Source: Alphaproteobacteria bacterium | Lineage (GTDB): Bacteria; Pseudomonadota; Alphaproteobacteria; CAISOG01 | DNA: 64,000 nt | Direction of reading: 5' to 3' | NCBI GenBank assembly: GCA_044375625.1 | Contig: JBILMH010000001.1 | Coordinates: 8,667-72,666, forward strand | Part shown: piece after piece, positions 41,399-49,969 of the stretch | Layout: each line of letters opens with the position of its first letter | Position numbering within the stretch: the stretch's first letter is position 1 | Notes under the pieces: model-generated | What the model saw: the letters and a program-made list of their open reading frames with translations, nothing else | Database searches by the model: none | What the model was told of the DNA's origin: nothing | Made by a program: the position numbers and the translations under genes

Positions 41399-42553
41399 AT
41401 GGTTGATTTACTCCCCCCGCTTCATGAGCAAGTTACGGCTATTTTGGTGGCCAGCGGCTTAGGGGATGCCGCATCGCCCGCCAACGTGCGGCTGGAACAT
41501 CTGGCCGTTGGGGATGGCCAACTTCGTTTGCTGGTCAGTGTGCCGCCGCCAGAGGTTGCACGGCTGGGCAGTCGGTTGGAGGATTGGCGGCTGACGCTGC
41601 TGGCGGTTTTGGCGCAGCATTGGCCTGCCTATCAAACTCAACTGGCGCTGACCACTCATCAGGACAGGTATCAAGACACGCATCAGGAAGCTGCTGCCCC
41701 GACGCTTAAGCCAAAGCCCGCACCTACCAAGGCTACGCCACCCCCGAACCGCACCAGCCTGCTGCCGCCCCAGATTGCGCGGGTTATCGCGGTGGCCAGC
41801 GGTAAGGGCGGGGTGGGGAAATCGACCACCGCGCTGAACCTGGCGATTGCCTTTGGGCAATTGGGGTGGCGGGTAGGGCTGTTGGATGCGGATATCTATG
41901 GCCCCAGCCTGCCACGTTTAATCGGTCAGCCGCACACGCGCCTAGCCGCCCAACCTACTGAACCTGGCGCAGGTAAGCCCCCCCGTCCGCCGCTGCCCAC
42001 CGTGCCCTTTGCGGGGTTGGCCTGTATGTCCATGGGGTTTTTGGTGGCGGAGCAGGAGCCGATTATCTGGCGTGGCCCCATGGTGATGGGGGCGGTGCAA
42101 CAGCTGTTCAGCGATGTGGATTGGCCAGAACTGGATCTGTTGGTGGTGGATATGCCCCCCGGCACGGGCGATGCCCACCTGACGTTGGTGCAGCGGGTGC
42201 CGCTGAACGGTGCCATCATTGTGTCCACGCCGCAGGATTTGGCGCTGATTGATGCGCGTAAGGGCTTGGCGATGTTTCAACGCACGCAGGTGCCGGTGTT
42301 GGGCATGGTGGAGAACATGAGCCTGTTTCACTGTTCCCATTGTGGTCAGCATACCCCGATTTTTGGCCATGGCGGGGCGCAGGCAACGGCACAGGCTTTG
42401 GGCATTCCCTTTTTGGGCGCCCTACCGCTGGATCCCGCCATCATGCTGGCCAGTGAGGCGGGGCAGCCCATTACCCTGACTCAGCGCGATCATCCCGCCA
42501 GCCAAGCCTATCGCCAAATTGCCGAACGCTGCCGCCAGCAGCTGGAATGTTGA
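41399..42553 (+). CDS. apbC: Fe-S cluster carrier ATPase ApbC/Mrp (NBP35 family)
   Basis: Deviant Walker A VIAVASGKGGVGKSTTALNLA, a C-terminal CxxC (CSHCG) and an N-terminal DUF59-like extension. Confidence 0.9.
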   Translation: MVDLLPPLHEQVTAILVASGLGDAASPANVRLEHLAVGDGQLRLLVSVPPPEVARLGSRLEDWRLTLLAVLAQHWPAYQTQLALTTHQDRYQDTHQEAAAPTLKPKPAPTKATPPPNRTSLLPPQIARVIAVASGKGGVGKSTTALNLAIAFGQLGWRVGLLDADIYGPSLPRLIGQPHTRLAAQPTEPGAGKPPRPPLPTVPFAGLACMSMGFLVAEQEPIIWRGPMVMGAVQQLFSDVDWPELDLLVVDMPPGTGDAHLTLVQRVPLNGAIIVSTPQDLALIDARKGLAMFQRTQVPVLGMVENMSLFHCSHCGQHTPIFGHGGAQATAQALGIPFLGALPLDPAIMLASEAGQPITLTQRDHPASQAYRQIAERCRQQLEC

Positions 42554-42619
42554 TAATAGTTATCAGTTGTGCAATAATAATCGATATGAAAACGGTGCAT
42601 GGTGCTGAGGGGGGTAGCA

Positions 42620-42883
42620 ATGGCGGGAAGTTATGAGCTGGGCAGTCAGCTTAGCCTATTTGTTGATGATCTGGTGGCAGCGGGGCGCTACAATTCCAAA
42701 AGTGAGGTGGTTCGTCAGGGGTTGCGCCTGCTGCAGGAGCGGGAGCAGTTGCGGCAGATTAAACTGGATGAGGTGCGAAAAGCCTTTCAGGAAGGCATTA
42801 ACAGTAGTCGGGGCAACACGGCTGAGGCGGTGTTTGATCGGTTAGAGGCCAAATATGCGGCGATGATCGCGGTCAGCGATTGA
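42620..42883 (+). CDS. parD: type II antitoxin ParD (COG3609-like)
   Basis: …LSLFVDDLVAAGRYNSKSEVVRQGLRLLQERE… is a classic ParD fold sequence, overlapping the downstream ParE. Confidence 0.8.
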   Translation: MAGSYELGSQLSLFVDDLVAAGRYNSKSEVVRQGLRLLQEREQLRQIKLDEVRKAFQEGINSSRGNTAEAVFDRLEAKYAAMIAVSD

Positions 42884-43188
42884 TGCTTCCCGTTGTTTTT
42901 TCACACAGGGCGGCTGATGATTTAGAGGCGATTGCCGATTTCATCGCACAGGATACCCCCGCCCGTGCCGTAGCGTTTTTGCAGAAGTTGCGTCAGCAAT
43001 GTCTGAACATCGGGCGTTTTCCGAACGCGCAGCCCCGTTTTCCTGAATTGGGGGATCGGGCGCGGGTCATGCCCTACAAAAACTATGTGGTGCTGTACCA
43101 GGTTTTGGACGATGCGGTTTCGATCGAACGGATTATCCATGGGGCAAGAGATATCCTAAGCCTGATTCATCATGACGGATCCACTTAG
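42880..43188 (+). CDS. parE: type II toxin ParE
   Basis: 102 aa, …AADDLEAIADFIAQDTPARAVAFLQKLRQQCLNIGRFPNAQPRFPELGDRARVMPYKNYVVLYQVLDDAVSIERIIHGARD; ATGA overlap with parD. Confidence 0.8.
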   Translation: MMLPVVFSHRAADDLEAIADFIAQDTPARAVAFLQKLRQQCLNIGRFPNAQPRFPELGDRARVMPYKNYVVLYQVLDDAVSIERIIHGARDILSLIHHDGST

Positions 43189-43229
43189 CCGTTCATCACG
43201 ATAAAATCATGAAAAAATGGTGGGGGGGA

Positions 43230-43787
43230 TTAGGGGCTGGGTGCCACCTTGCCTGACCCCATATCCCCGCCAGACTCGCCAAATTGAAATTGATTTTTCG
43301 TGGGGTGGGCGGCGTAGTTGATCGGCTGGATAATCAAATTTTTGATTAGAACTTGCGCAACCAAAGGTTCCCCAAGGCTTTTGTTGGCCACCTCCTGAAT
43401 TCTTTGTTTGATGGCGGGTTCAGAAAGTTGATTGAATCGTTCAGGCAGGGATGCCGCCTGGCGCAGGCCATCCAACACATCGTTGCGCAACCGTTCCTTA
43501 TTGCTGGCAAATTTTTCGATGTCTTTTTCATCAGTTAGCTCTAACGTTGCCGACACAAACAGGAAATCTTTGACCTGTCCATCGCGCAAGACGGGCAGCT
43601 TAAAGGCATCCATTTTAAAAAAGGTGGGCAGCTTTACGGCGGCGACCTTTTCGGCGGGGGGCAGCTCTATCGGTTCAGGAGCTGGCTCAGGCGCAGAGGC
43701 TGGCGGTGTCATTTTTTGAAAAACGACAAAGCCGCCTATGCCCAGCAGAACCAGGATAGCACCAGCAACAAAAGCCTTTTTTTTCAT
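43230..43787 (-). CDS. membrane-anchored protein, FliL-like (flagellar basal-body-associated family) / hypothetical
   Basis: N-terminal TM helix followed by …FFKMDAFKLPVLRDGQVKDFLFVSATLEL…, resembling FliL. No other flagellar genes are nearby. Confidence 0.35.
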   Translation of the reverse strand: MKKKAFVAGAILVLLGIGGFVVFQKMTPPASAPEPAPEPIELPPAEKVAAVKLPTFFKMDAFKLPVLRDGQVKDFLFVSATLELTDEKDIEKFASNKERLRNDVLDGLRQAASLPERFNQLSEPAIKQRIQEVANKSLGEPLVAQVLIKNLIIQPINYAAHPTKNQFQFGESGGDMGSGKVAPSP

Positions 43788-43826
43788 CGCGGTGCCTGCA
43801 TCGTTAGGTTAATTCCTAAGGCTGAA

Positions 43827-44306
43827 TTATTCTGGCAACACCCCGTTCGCAACCTGTTGTTTGTAGCAACGATCCAATACGGCGTTCACAAATTTTGGTT
43901 CATCCACTTCAAAGAATTGCTTAGTAAGGTTTACATATTCGTTAATGACCACCCGTGGCGGGGTGGTGGCCAGCGTCATTTCGCACAAAGCCGTTCGCAA
44001 AATGACCCGCAGCAGCAGGGGCAGGCGATCCCAAGTCCAATTCGCGCTTAGATGGGGAATCAGGGTTTGATCCCACGCATCGCTATGGCTGCTGCTATGC
44101 TGCACCAATTCCTCTAGCAGAGCATTGTCCAGGGTTTGCCGCGATTCCCGCCGATAGGTCAGCGCGTCGGACTGCTGATGCCCGGTCAGCGCCATTTCGT
44201 ACAAGGCTTGCACGGCGGCCACACGGGCAGCCCGCCGTAACCGCTGATTCGGCTTAGCGGTGTCGGTTAACGGTTGGCCAGAATCGGCGACGGGTTGATC
44301 GGTCAT
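43827..44306 (-). CDS. nusB: transcription antitermination factor NusB
   Basis: …RRAARVAAVQALYEM… (typical NusB start), downstream of rib genes as in many bacteria. Confidence 0.85.
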   Translation of the reverse strand: MTDQPVADSGQPLTDTAKPNQRLRRAARVAAVQALYEMALTGHQQSDALTYRRESRQTLDNALLEELVQHSSSHSDAWDQTLIPHLSANWTWDRLPLLLRVILRTALCEMTLATTPPRVVINEYVNLTKQFFEVDEPKFVNAVLDRCYKQQVANGVLPE

Positions 44307-44337
44307 GGGGGTACTGTCCTTAATTCACGAACTAACG

Positions 44338-45456
44338 TTAAAAACTTTCAAAGCTTTTAACGCTTAGCCCAAAGCCATCCAATCCGACAATGGTTTTCGG
44401 CTGGTTAGAGAGGAGGGCGATGTGATGCAGCCCCAATTTTTTTAAGATTTGTGCCCCAATGCCATAGCGGCGCAGCACCGGTTTGGCAGTGCCCGTTGCC
44501 TGCAGATCGTCCAGCGATGCCACCCCCTGCAACAAATCGCCCGCCCCATGCAGCAGTACCAGCACGCCGCGCCCCTTGTCCGCAATCCGCATCATCGCAC
44601 GGCGCAGCTCATCCGGGCGACCATGCTGATCCCCCAACAGGTCGTTCAGCAGGTTCAGGCTGTGCATCCGTACCAACACCGCATCGTCATCTGAGGTGGC
44701 GGTCAGGTCGCCCTTAACCAGCACCAAATGCTGTTGCTGATCGGTCAGGGCGCGAAAGGTCATCAGGCGGAAATCGCCAGCAAAATGCGATTGAAAGGGC
44801 TGTTCCGCCACCTGCTCAACCAAGCTTTCGTGCGACAGGCGATAGGCAATCAGGTCGGCAATGCGCCCCATTTTCAGGTTCAGCTGGCCAGCCAATTGGG
44901 TAAGGTCGGGCAGGTCGGCCATCTGCCCCGCATCGTTCATAATCTCGCAAATCACTGCGCAGGGGTGCAACCCCGCCAGGCGTACCAAATCGACAGAGGC
45001 CTCCGTATGCCCCGCCCGTACCAGCACCCCCCCCGTGCGCGCCTGCAACGGGTTAACATGGCCAGGTCGGACCAGGGCATGGGGGTCGGTGGCGGGATCC
45101 GCCAGCAGTTGGATGGTGCGGGCGCGGTCACCGGCACTGCTGCCCGTACTAATCCCATCGCGGGCATCAACAGTGATGGTAAAGGCGGTTTGAAAGCTTT
45201 CGCGGTTGTCGGGCACCATTAACTCCAACTGCAGATGGTGCAGGCGGGCGGCGGTCATCGGCACGGTGATGATGCCACTGGCGTAGCGGGTCATCATGGT
45301 AATCGCCTCAGGGGTAATATGCTGGGCGGCCATCACAAAATCTCCCTCATCCTCCCGCAGCTCACCATCGACCACCTGCCCATCGACCAGGATGATCATG
45401 CGTCCCGCCGCCAGCTCAGCCAGCAATTCAGGAATCGGGGAAAAAGTATGGGGCAT
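44338..45456 (-). CDS. ribBA: bifunctional 3,4-dihydroxy-2-butanone-4-phosphate synthase / GTP cyclohydrolase II-like protein
   Basis: N-terminal DHBP synthase (…GRMIILVDGQVVDGELREDEGDFVMAAQHITPEAI…) with a C-terminal GCH-II-like domain; 372 aa. Confidence 0.85.
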   Translation of the reverse strand: MPHTFSPIPELLAELAAGRMIILVDGQVVDGELREDEGDFVMAAQHITPEAITMMTRYASGIITVPMTAARLHHLQLELMVPDNRESFQTAFTITVDARDGISTGSSAGDRARTIQLLADPATDPHALVRPGHVNPLQARTGGVLVRAGHTEASVDLVRLAGLHPCAVICEIMNDAGQMADLPDLTQLAGQLNLKMGRIADLIAYRLSHESLVEQVAEQPFQSHFAGDFRLMTFRALTDQQQHLVLVKGDLTATSDDDAVLVRMHSLNLLNDLLGDQHGRPDELRRAMMRIADKGRGVLVLLHGAGDLLQGVASLDDLQATGTAKPVLRRYGIGAQILKKLGLHHIALLSNQPKTIVGLDGFGLSVKSFESF

Positions 45457-45465
45457 GGGTATTTT

Positions 45466-46368
45466 CTAGGGCGATTTTAATGTTGGATTTACAGAGTTCA
45501 GTGTAACAGGCTGTTTTAAAATGGCTAAGCGATAATGGCCAATATGTTGGAATCCCACGGCCTCATAGGCTTTGGCGGCGGCAGCGGAATCGGTGAAGAG
45601 GATGGCTTTTTCTACACCCCTCTCCCGTGCCTGTACCAGGGTTAAGGCCAGTAGGGTTCGGGCATAGCCCTTGCAGCGATGCTCTGGCGGTGTCCATACA
45701 CCCCCAATTTGCACAATATCTGGCAGGACAACACTAAAACCACTCAAACACACGGGGTTATCGTCAATGAAAAGCACCCAATAGTCTTTGCTTTTTAAAA
45801 CTTTTTTTACAAAGCTTTCTACTAATGTATCTAGATTCTGATTATCTATTGCGGCTAAAGCTTCTATTTCGTAGGCTTTGCGCCATTGAAATAGAAGGTG
45901 GCGATCAATGTCTTTGACACTAGTCATGCGATATTTTTTATCGACTTGATAAGTGGGTAACACCAATTCTTTTAAATTAATTGAGTACAAAAACTCATTC
46001 GTATTTAGGGCAGATGGCGCGTCGGATAGCCCCAACTCCTTAATGACCTGATCTGCTTGGTGATTGACCCCTAGGACGCCAGCAATCGGGCGGCTAACCA
46101 TTGCTTTGAAATCTTGCAACAGATTGCTTAACACCTCGGGATTGCTGGCCTGCATCATAATGTTGTTGTTCCAATAGTGAGCCAGAACGCCGTTGAGGGA
46201 TCCTGCCGCATCAAACGATCCCCAATACTCTCCCTCATAGGGCTGTCCGTTGTAGGTTAGACCTGCCTCCCGTAGGTTGGATCGTATATACATGCAAGTG
46301 GCAGTATAGCCAGACAGAAAAGACTCAATGGCGGTTTCATCACGCGCCTGCAGGACACGGACGGTCAT
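45466..46368 (-). CDS. two-domain GNAT-family acetyltransferase
   Basis: The C-terminal half has a canonical GNAT motif (…IGGVWTPPEHRCKGYARTLL…); the N-terminal half is a degenerate GNAT fold. The central part drops to ~40-45% GC. It is inserted between ribBA and ribE. Confidence 0.65.
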   Translation of the reverse strand: MTVRVLQARDETAIESFLSGYTATCMYIRSNLREAGLTYNGQPYEGEYWGSFDAAGSLNGVLAHYWNNNIMMQASNPEVLSNLLQDFKAMVSRPIAGVLGVNHQADQVIKELGLSDAPSALNTNEFLYSINLKELVLPTYQVDKKYRMTSVKDIDRHLLFQWRKAYEIEALAAIDNQNLDTLVESFVKKVLKSKDYWVLFIDDNPVCLSGFSVVLPDIVQIGGVWTPPEHRCKGYARTLLALTLVQARERGVEKAILFTDSAAAAKAYEAVGFQHIGHYRLAILKQPVTLNSVNPTLKSP

Positions 46369-46982
46369 AATTTTTTCTCCAAATGCGTGCTGCCTACAGC
46401 CAGCTGGCGGGCGACGTAGCGGGCCAGCATATCAACCTCCAGATTGACTTGATCCCCCACCCGCAAATCGGAAAAGGTGGTGTGGTGCCAGCTGTGCGGA
46501 ATCAGCATGATTTGAAAACCATCGGGCAACAAGCTGTTGATGGTCAGCGAGGTGCCGTTGAGCGCCACCGACCCCTTCGCGGCAAAAAAGGGCAGCAGTT
46601 CGGGCGGCACGCGCAGCGCTATCTGCCAATAATCAGCCTGGGCGGTAATTTCGGTAATGGTGGCCAGGCCATCAACATGGCCAAAGACAAAATGGCCATC
46701 GATGGTGTCCCCCAGTTTGAGGGAGGGTTCCAGGTTCAGGCGGCTGCCCACTTGCCAGCTGGCCGCCGTCGTGCATGCCAGCGTTTCGGGCGACAACTGC
46801 ACCTCAAAATGCCCTGCATCGCCCGCCACCACGGTCAGGCATATACCGTTGCAGGCGATCGACGCGCCCAGTTTTGCCCACGCCGCCGCGTGCGGGGTGG
46901 CGATGCTTAGCCGCAGGCTGCTATCCGATTCCCAGGTTAAGCGGTCGATGGTGCCAACCGCCTGAATAATCCCTGCAAACAT
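46365..46982 (-). CDS. ribE: riboflavin synthase alpha subunit
   Basis: MFAGIIQAVGTI… and a second lumazine-binding repeat (…GHFVFGHVDG…). Confidence 0.9.
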   Translation of the reverse strand: MFAGIIQAVGTIDRLTWESDSSLRLSIATPHAAAWAKLGASIACNGICLTVVAGDAGHFEVQLSPETLACTTAASWQVGSRLNLEPSLKLGDTIDGHFVFGHVDGLATITEITAQADYWQIALRVPPELLPFFAAKGSVALNGTSLTINSLLPDGFQIMLIPHSWHHTTFSDLRVGDQVNLEVDMLARYVARQLAVGSTHLEKKL

Positions 46983-46984
46983 TC

Positions 46985-47461
46985 CTACTCCTCCTCCATC
47001 TCGCTGACCGGATCCGCCCGCAGTTCGTCAATAAAGGATTCAAAGTCGTGGGCTTCGTTAAAATCCTTATAAACACTGGCGTAGCGAACATAGGCCACCT
47101 TGTCTAAGGTTTTCAGGCAGTCCATGACCTTTTCTCCAATCATATCGCTGGCAATAATGGGTTCGCCCAGGCTTTCCAGCTGGCGGACGATGCCGTTGAC
47201 CATTTGATCCAGGCGGGGCAGCTCAAACGGCCGTTTGCGCAGGGCGACCGTCATGGATCGCAACAGCTTATCGCGCTCAAACGGCTCCACCCGCCCGCTG
47301 CGTTTCATGACCTGAAATTCGCGCAGCTCCACCCGTTCAAAGGTGGTAAAGCGGGCGGCGCAGTTGGCGCAAAAACGGCGGCGCCGAATCGCACTGCCGT
47401 CATCGGATGGCCGCGAATCCTTAACCTGGCTGTCGTTCGATCCACAAAATGGGCAACGCAA
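46985..47461 (-). CDS. nrdR: transcriptional repressor NrdR
   Basis: Zinc ribbon [17 protein letters not shown]… and an ATP-cone. Confidence 0.95.
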   Translation of the reverse strand: MRCPFCGSNDSQVKDSRPSDDGSAIRRRRFCANCAARFTTFERVELREFQVMKRSGRVEPFERDKLLRSMTVALRKRPFELPRLDQMVNGIVRQLESLGEPIIASDMIGEKVMDCLKTLDKVAYVRYASVYKDFNEAHDFESFIDELRADPVSEMEEE

Positions 47462-47465
47462 TCGA

Positions 47466-48824
47466 CTATCCCACCAAACGGCTGTAGATGGGATAGGCGT
47501 TGGTCAGTTGCCGCACCTGTTGCTTCACGCGCTGCAACACCACCTCATCCAGGCTGCCATCGGCTTTAACGCCATCAAAAACATCGCCAATCAGGTTGCC
47601 GACACTCCGCCACTCCTCCAACCCAAAGCCGCGGGTGGTGCAGGCGGGCGTGCCCAACCTTATGCCAGAAGTAATGGCTGGCTTTTCGGGGTCAAAGGGG
47701 ATGGCGTTTTTGTTGCAGGTGATGCCCGCGTGATCCAAGGCCGCCTCAGCCTGCTTACCAGTAATTTTCTTGGGACGCAGATCAACGGTAATCAGGTGGC
47801 TATCGGTGCCGCCCGTGGTAATGGCCGCGCCGCGATCCACCAGGGTTTTGGCCAGCAGGCGGCAGTTTTCCACCACATTGTGGGCATAGGTTGCAAAACC
47901 TGGTTGCAGCGCTTCGCCAAAGGCCACAGCCTTGCCCGCAATCACATGCATCAGGGGGCCACCCTGTAGCCCTGGAAAGACCGCGCGGTTAATCGCCTTA
48001 CCAAGATCCTCATCATTGCTCAGGATCATGCCGCCCCGTGGGCCACGCAGGGTTTTGTGGGTGGTGGTGGTGACAACATGGGCGTGGGGCAGGGGGCTGG
48101 GGAAAGCGCCACCCGCCACCAGGCCAGAAAAATGCGCCATATCGACCATTAGGTAGGCACCGACGCTGTCGGCAATCGCCCGAAACTTGGCAAAGTCGAT
48201 GGTGCGGGAATAGGCGGAACCGCCCGCGATAATCAACTTAGGTTTGTGTTGGTCGGCCAGCCGCGCCACCTCCTCATAATCAATCAGCTGATCATCTTGG
48301 CGCACGCCATAGGGCACGCCCTTAAACCACAGGCCAGACAAATTGACGCTGTAGCCGTGGGTCAGGTGACCACCATGCGCCAGCGACATCCCCATCACGG
48401 TGTCGCCTGGTTGCAGCAGGGCAAGGAATACCGCCTGGTTGGCTTGGGCGCCAGAGTGGGGTTGGACATTGGCAAAGCTGCAACCAAACAGTTTCTTGGC
48501 GCGCTCAATCGCCAAATCCTCAACCACATCGACCCATTCGCAGCCGCCGTAGTAGCGTCGCCCCGAATAGCCCTCAGCGTATTTGTTGGTGTTCACCGAC
48601 CCCTGGGCTTCCAATACCGCCTGGGACACAATGTTCTCTGAGGCAATCAGCTCAATTTGCTGCTGCTGGCGGTGCAGTTCGCCGATTAGCGCGTCATAAA
48701 CCGCGGGATCGCGGGTGCGAACCGACTCATGAAAAAAATTGTGCAGACCCTGTTCATCAAGATGGGCGGCGGTGGCGGTTGAGATGGTCATGATCGATGG
48801 CTCCTTAGCGATTGTTTGTGGCAT
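47466..48824 (-). CDS. glyA: serine hydroxymethyltransferase
   Basis: …[28 protein letters not shown]… and the PLP-Lys region (…[14 protein letters not shown]…). Confidence 0.95.
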   Translation of the reverse strand: MPQTIAKEPSIMTISTATAAHLDEQGLHNFFHESVRTRDPAVYDALIGELHRQQQQIELIASENIVSQAVLEAQGSVNTNKYAEGYSGRRYYGGCEWVDVVEDLAIERAKKLFGCSFANVQPHSGAQANQAVFLALLQPGDTVMGMSLAHGGHLTHGYSVNLSGLWFKGVPYGVRQDDQLIDYEEVARLADQHKPKLIIAGGSAYSRTIDFAKFRAIADSVGAYLMVDMAHFSGLVAGGAFPSPLPHAHVVTTTTHKTLRGPRGGMILSNDEDLGKAINRAVFPGLQGGPLMHVIAGKAVAFGEALQPGFATYAHNVVENCRLLAKTLVDRGAAITTGGTDSHLITVDLRPKKITGKQAEAALDHAGITCNKNAIPFDPEKPAITSGIRLGTPACTTRGFGLEEWRSVGNLIGDVFDGVKADGSLDEVVLQRVKQQVRQLTNAYPIYSRLVG

Positions 48825-48828
48825 TGCA

Positions 48829-49275
48829 TTACTTGCCAAGGTCATCAGGATTGGTCAATTTGTCAACCCGTCCTTGATGACGTCCCCCCTCAAACGGGGT
48901 GGTCACGAAAATTTGCAACATTTCGGCAGCCTGGGCAGGGGTCACCACCGCCGTTCCCATGGCCAGCACGTTGGCGTCGTTATGTTGGCGGGTTTGTTGC
49001 ACCAACTCTTTGTTGTGGCACAGGGCGGCACGCACCCAGGGATAGCGGTTGGCAGCCATGGTAATGCCCACCCCCGAATTGCAAATAAGCACGCCGTAAT
49101 CGGCTGAACCGTTTTTGATGGAACGTGCCACAGCAGTCGCATAGTCATTATAGTCAACGCTGTCAGAACCGCTGCATCCCACATCAATAAAGCTTAAAGT
49201 TGGGGCATAGGATTGCTGCATCAAAAATTGTTTTAATGCAAAACCACGATGATCCGATCCGATAGCAATTTTCAT
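48829..49275 (-). CDS. rpiB: ribose-5-phosphate isomerase B
   Basis: [15 protein letters not shown]…; ~148 aa RpiB/LacAB family. Confidence 0.9.
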   Translation of the reverse strand: MKIAIGSDHRGFALKQFLMQQSYAPTLSFIDVGCSGSDSVDYNDYATAVARSIKNGSADYGVLICNSGVGITMAANRYPWVRAALCHNKELVQQTRQHNDANVLAMGTAVVTPAQAAEMLQIFVTTPFEGGRHQGRVDKLTNPDDLGK

Positions 49276-49383
49276 TTTGAAGCCTTATTTAAGAAAAGAA
49301 AGAAAAAAGCGGATAATCCCTTTACACGCTACTTTGTTTGTTGTAAGTCTGCCCTTGTTGAACACATTAACCAAGGATTAAAA

Positions 49384-49839
49384 ATGTCTGAAATAAACAA
49401 CGCCGATCTGACCAACGCACAACTGTTGGAAATGACGACCGATATTACTACCGCCTACCTTAGCCGTAATACAGTTAACGTAGACCAAATTCCTGAACTG
49501 CTGCGTAGCGTGTATAGCACCCTGGATCAGTTCCAACAAGGTGTTGTGGTGGAAAAAGCCGAAGCGCAAAAGCCATTCACCAGCATCAAGAAGTCGATTA
49601 CCGATGACTACATCATCTGCCTGGAAGATGGCAAAAAGCTGAAAATGCTGAAGCGTCACCTGCGCACCACCTACAACATGACGCCTGACCAATACCGTGC
49701 GAAATGGGGTCTGCCTTCGGACTATCCAATGGTGGCGCCAAACTACGCCCAACGTCGCGCCGAATTTGCCCGCCAAATCGGTCTGGGCAAAAAAGCTGCC
49801 AACAAAAACAGCGTCAAAAAAGCCAAAAAAGTAGCCTAA
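49384..49839 (+). CDS. mucR: MucR/Ros-family zinc-finger transcriptional regulator
   Basis: …IICLEDGKKLKMLKRHLRTTYNMTPDQYRAKWGLPSDYPMVAPNYAQRR… (the Ros/MucR C2H2-like signature); alphaproteobacteria-specific family. Confidence 0.9.
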   Translation: MSEINNADLTNAQLLEMTTDITTAYLSRNTVNVDQIPELLRSVYSTLDQFQQGVVVEKAEAQKPFTSIKKSITDDYIICLEDGKKLKMLKRHLRTTYNMTPDQYRAKWGLPSDYPMVAPNYAQRRAEFARQIGLGKKAANKNSVKKAKKVA

Positions 49840-49882
49840 GCTTTCGGTTTAGACTTCGGTCTGAACGATTTTGCTAAAAAGA

Positions 49883-49933
49883 GGGGGCTGTAGCACTTGC
49901 CGTTAAGCAGGTGTTGCAGTCCCTTTTTTTTTC
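49883..49933 (+). terminator. rho-independent terminator after mucR (GC-rich imperfect hairpin + T9)
   Basis: GGGGCTGTAGCACTTGC…GCAGGTGTTGCAGTCCC followed by TTTTTTTTT, placed between the convergent mucR and uvrD ends. Confidence 0.6.
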
Positions 49934-49969
49934 TATGGCTATCTGCTTTTTGGCTATAGCGACAATGCT

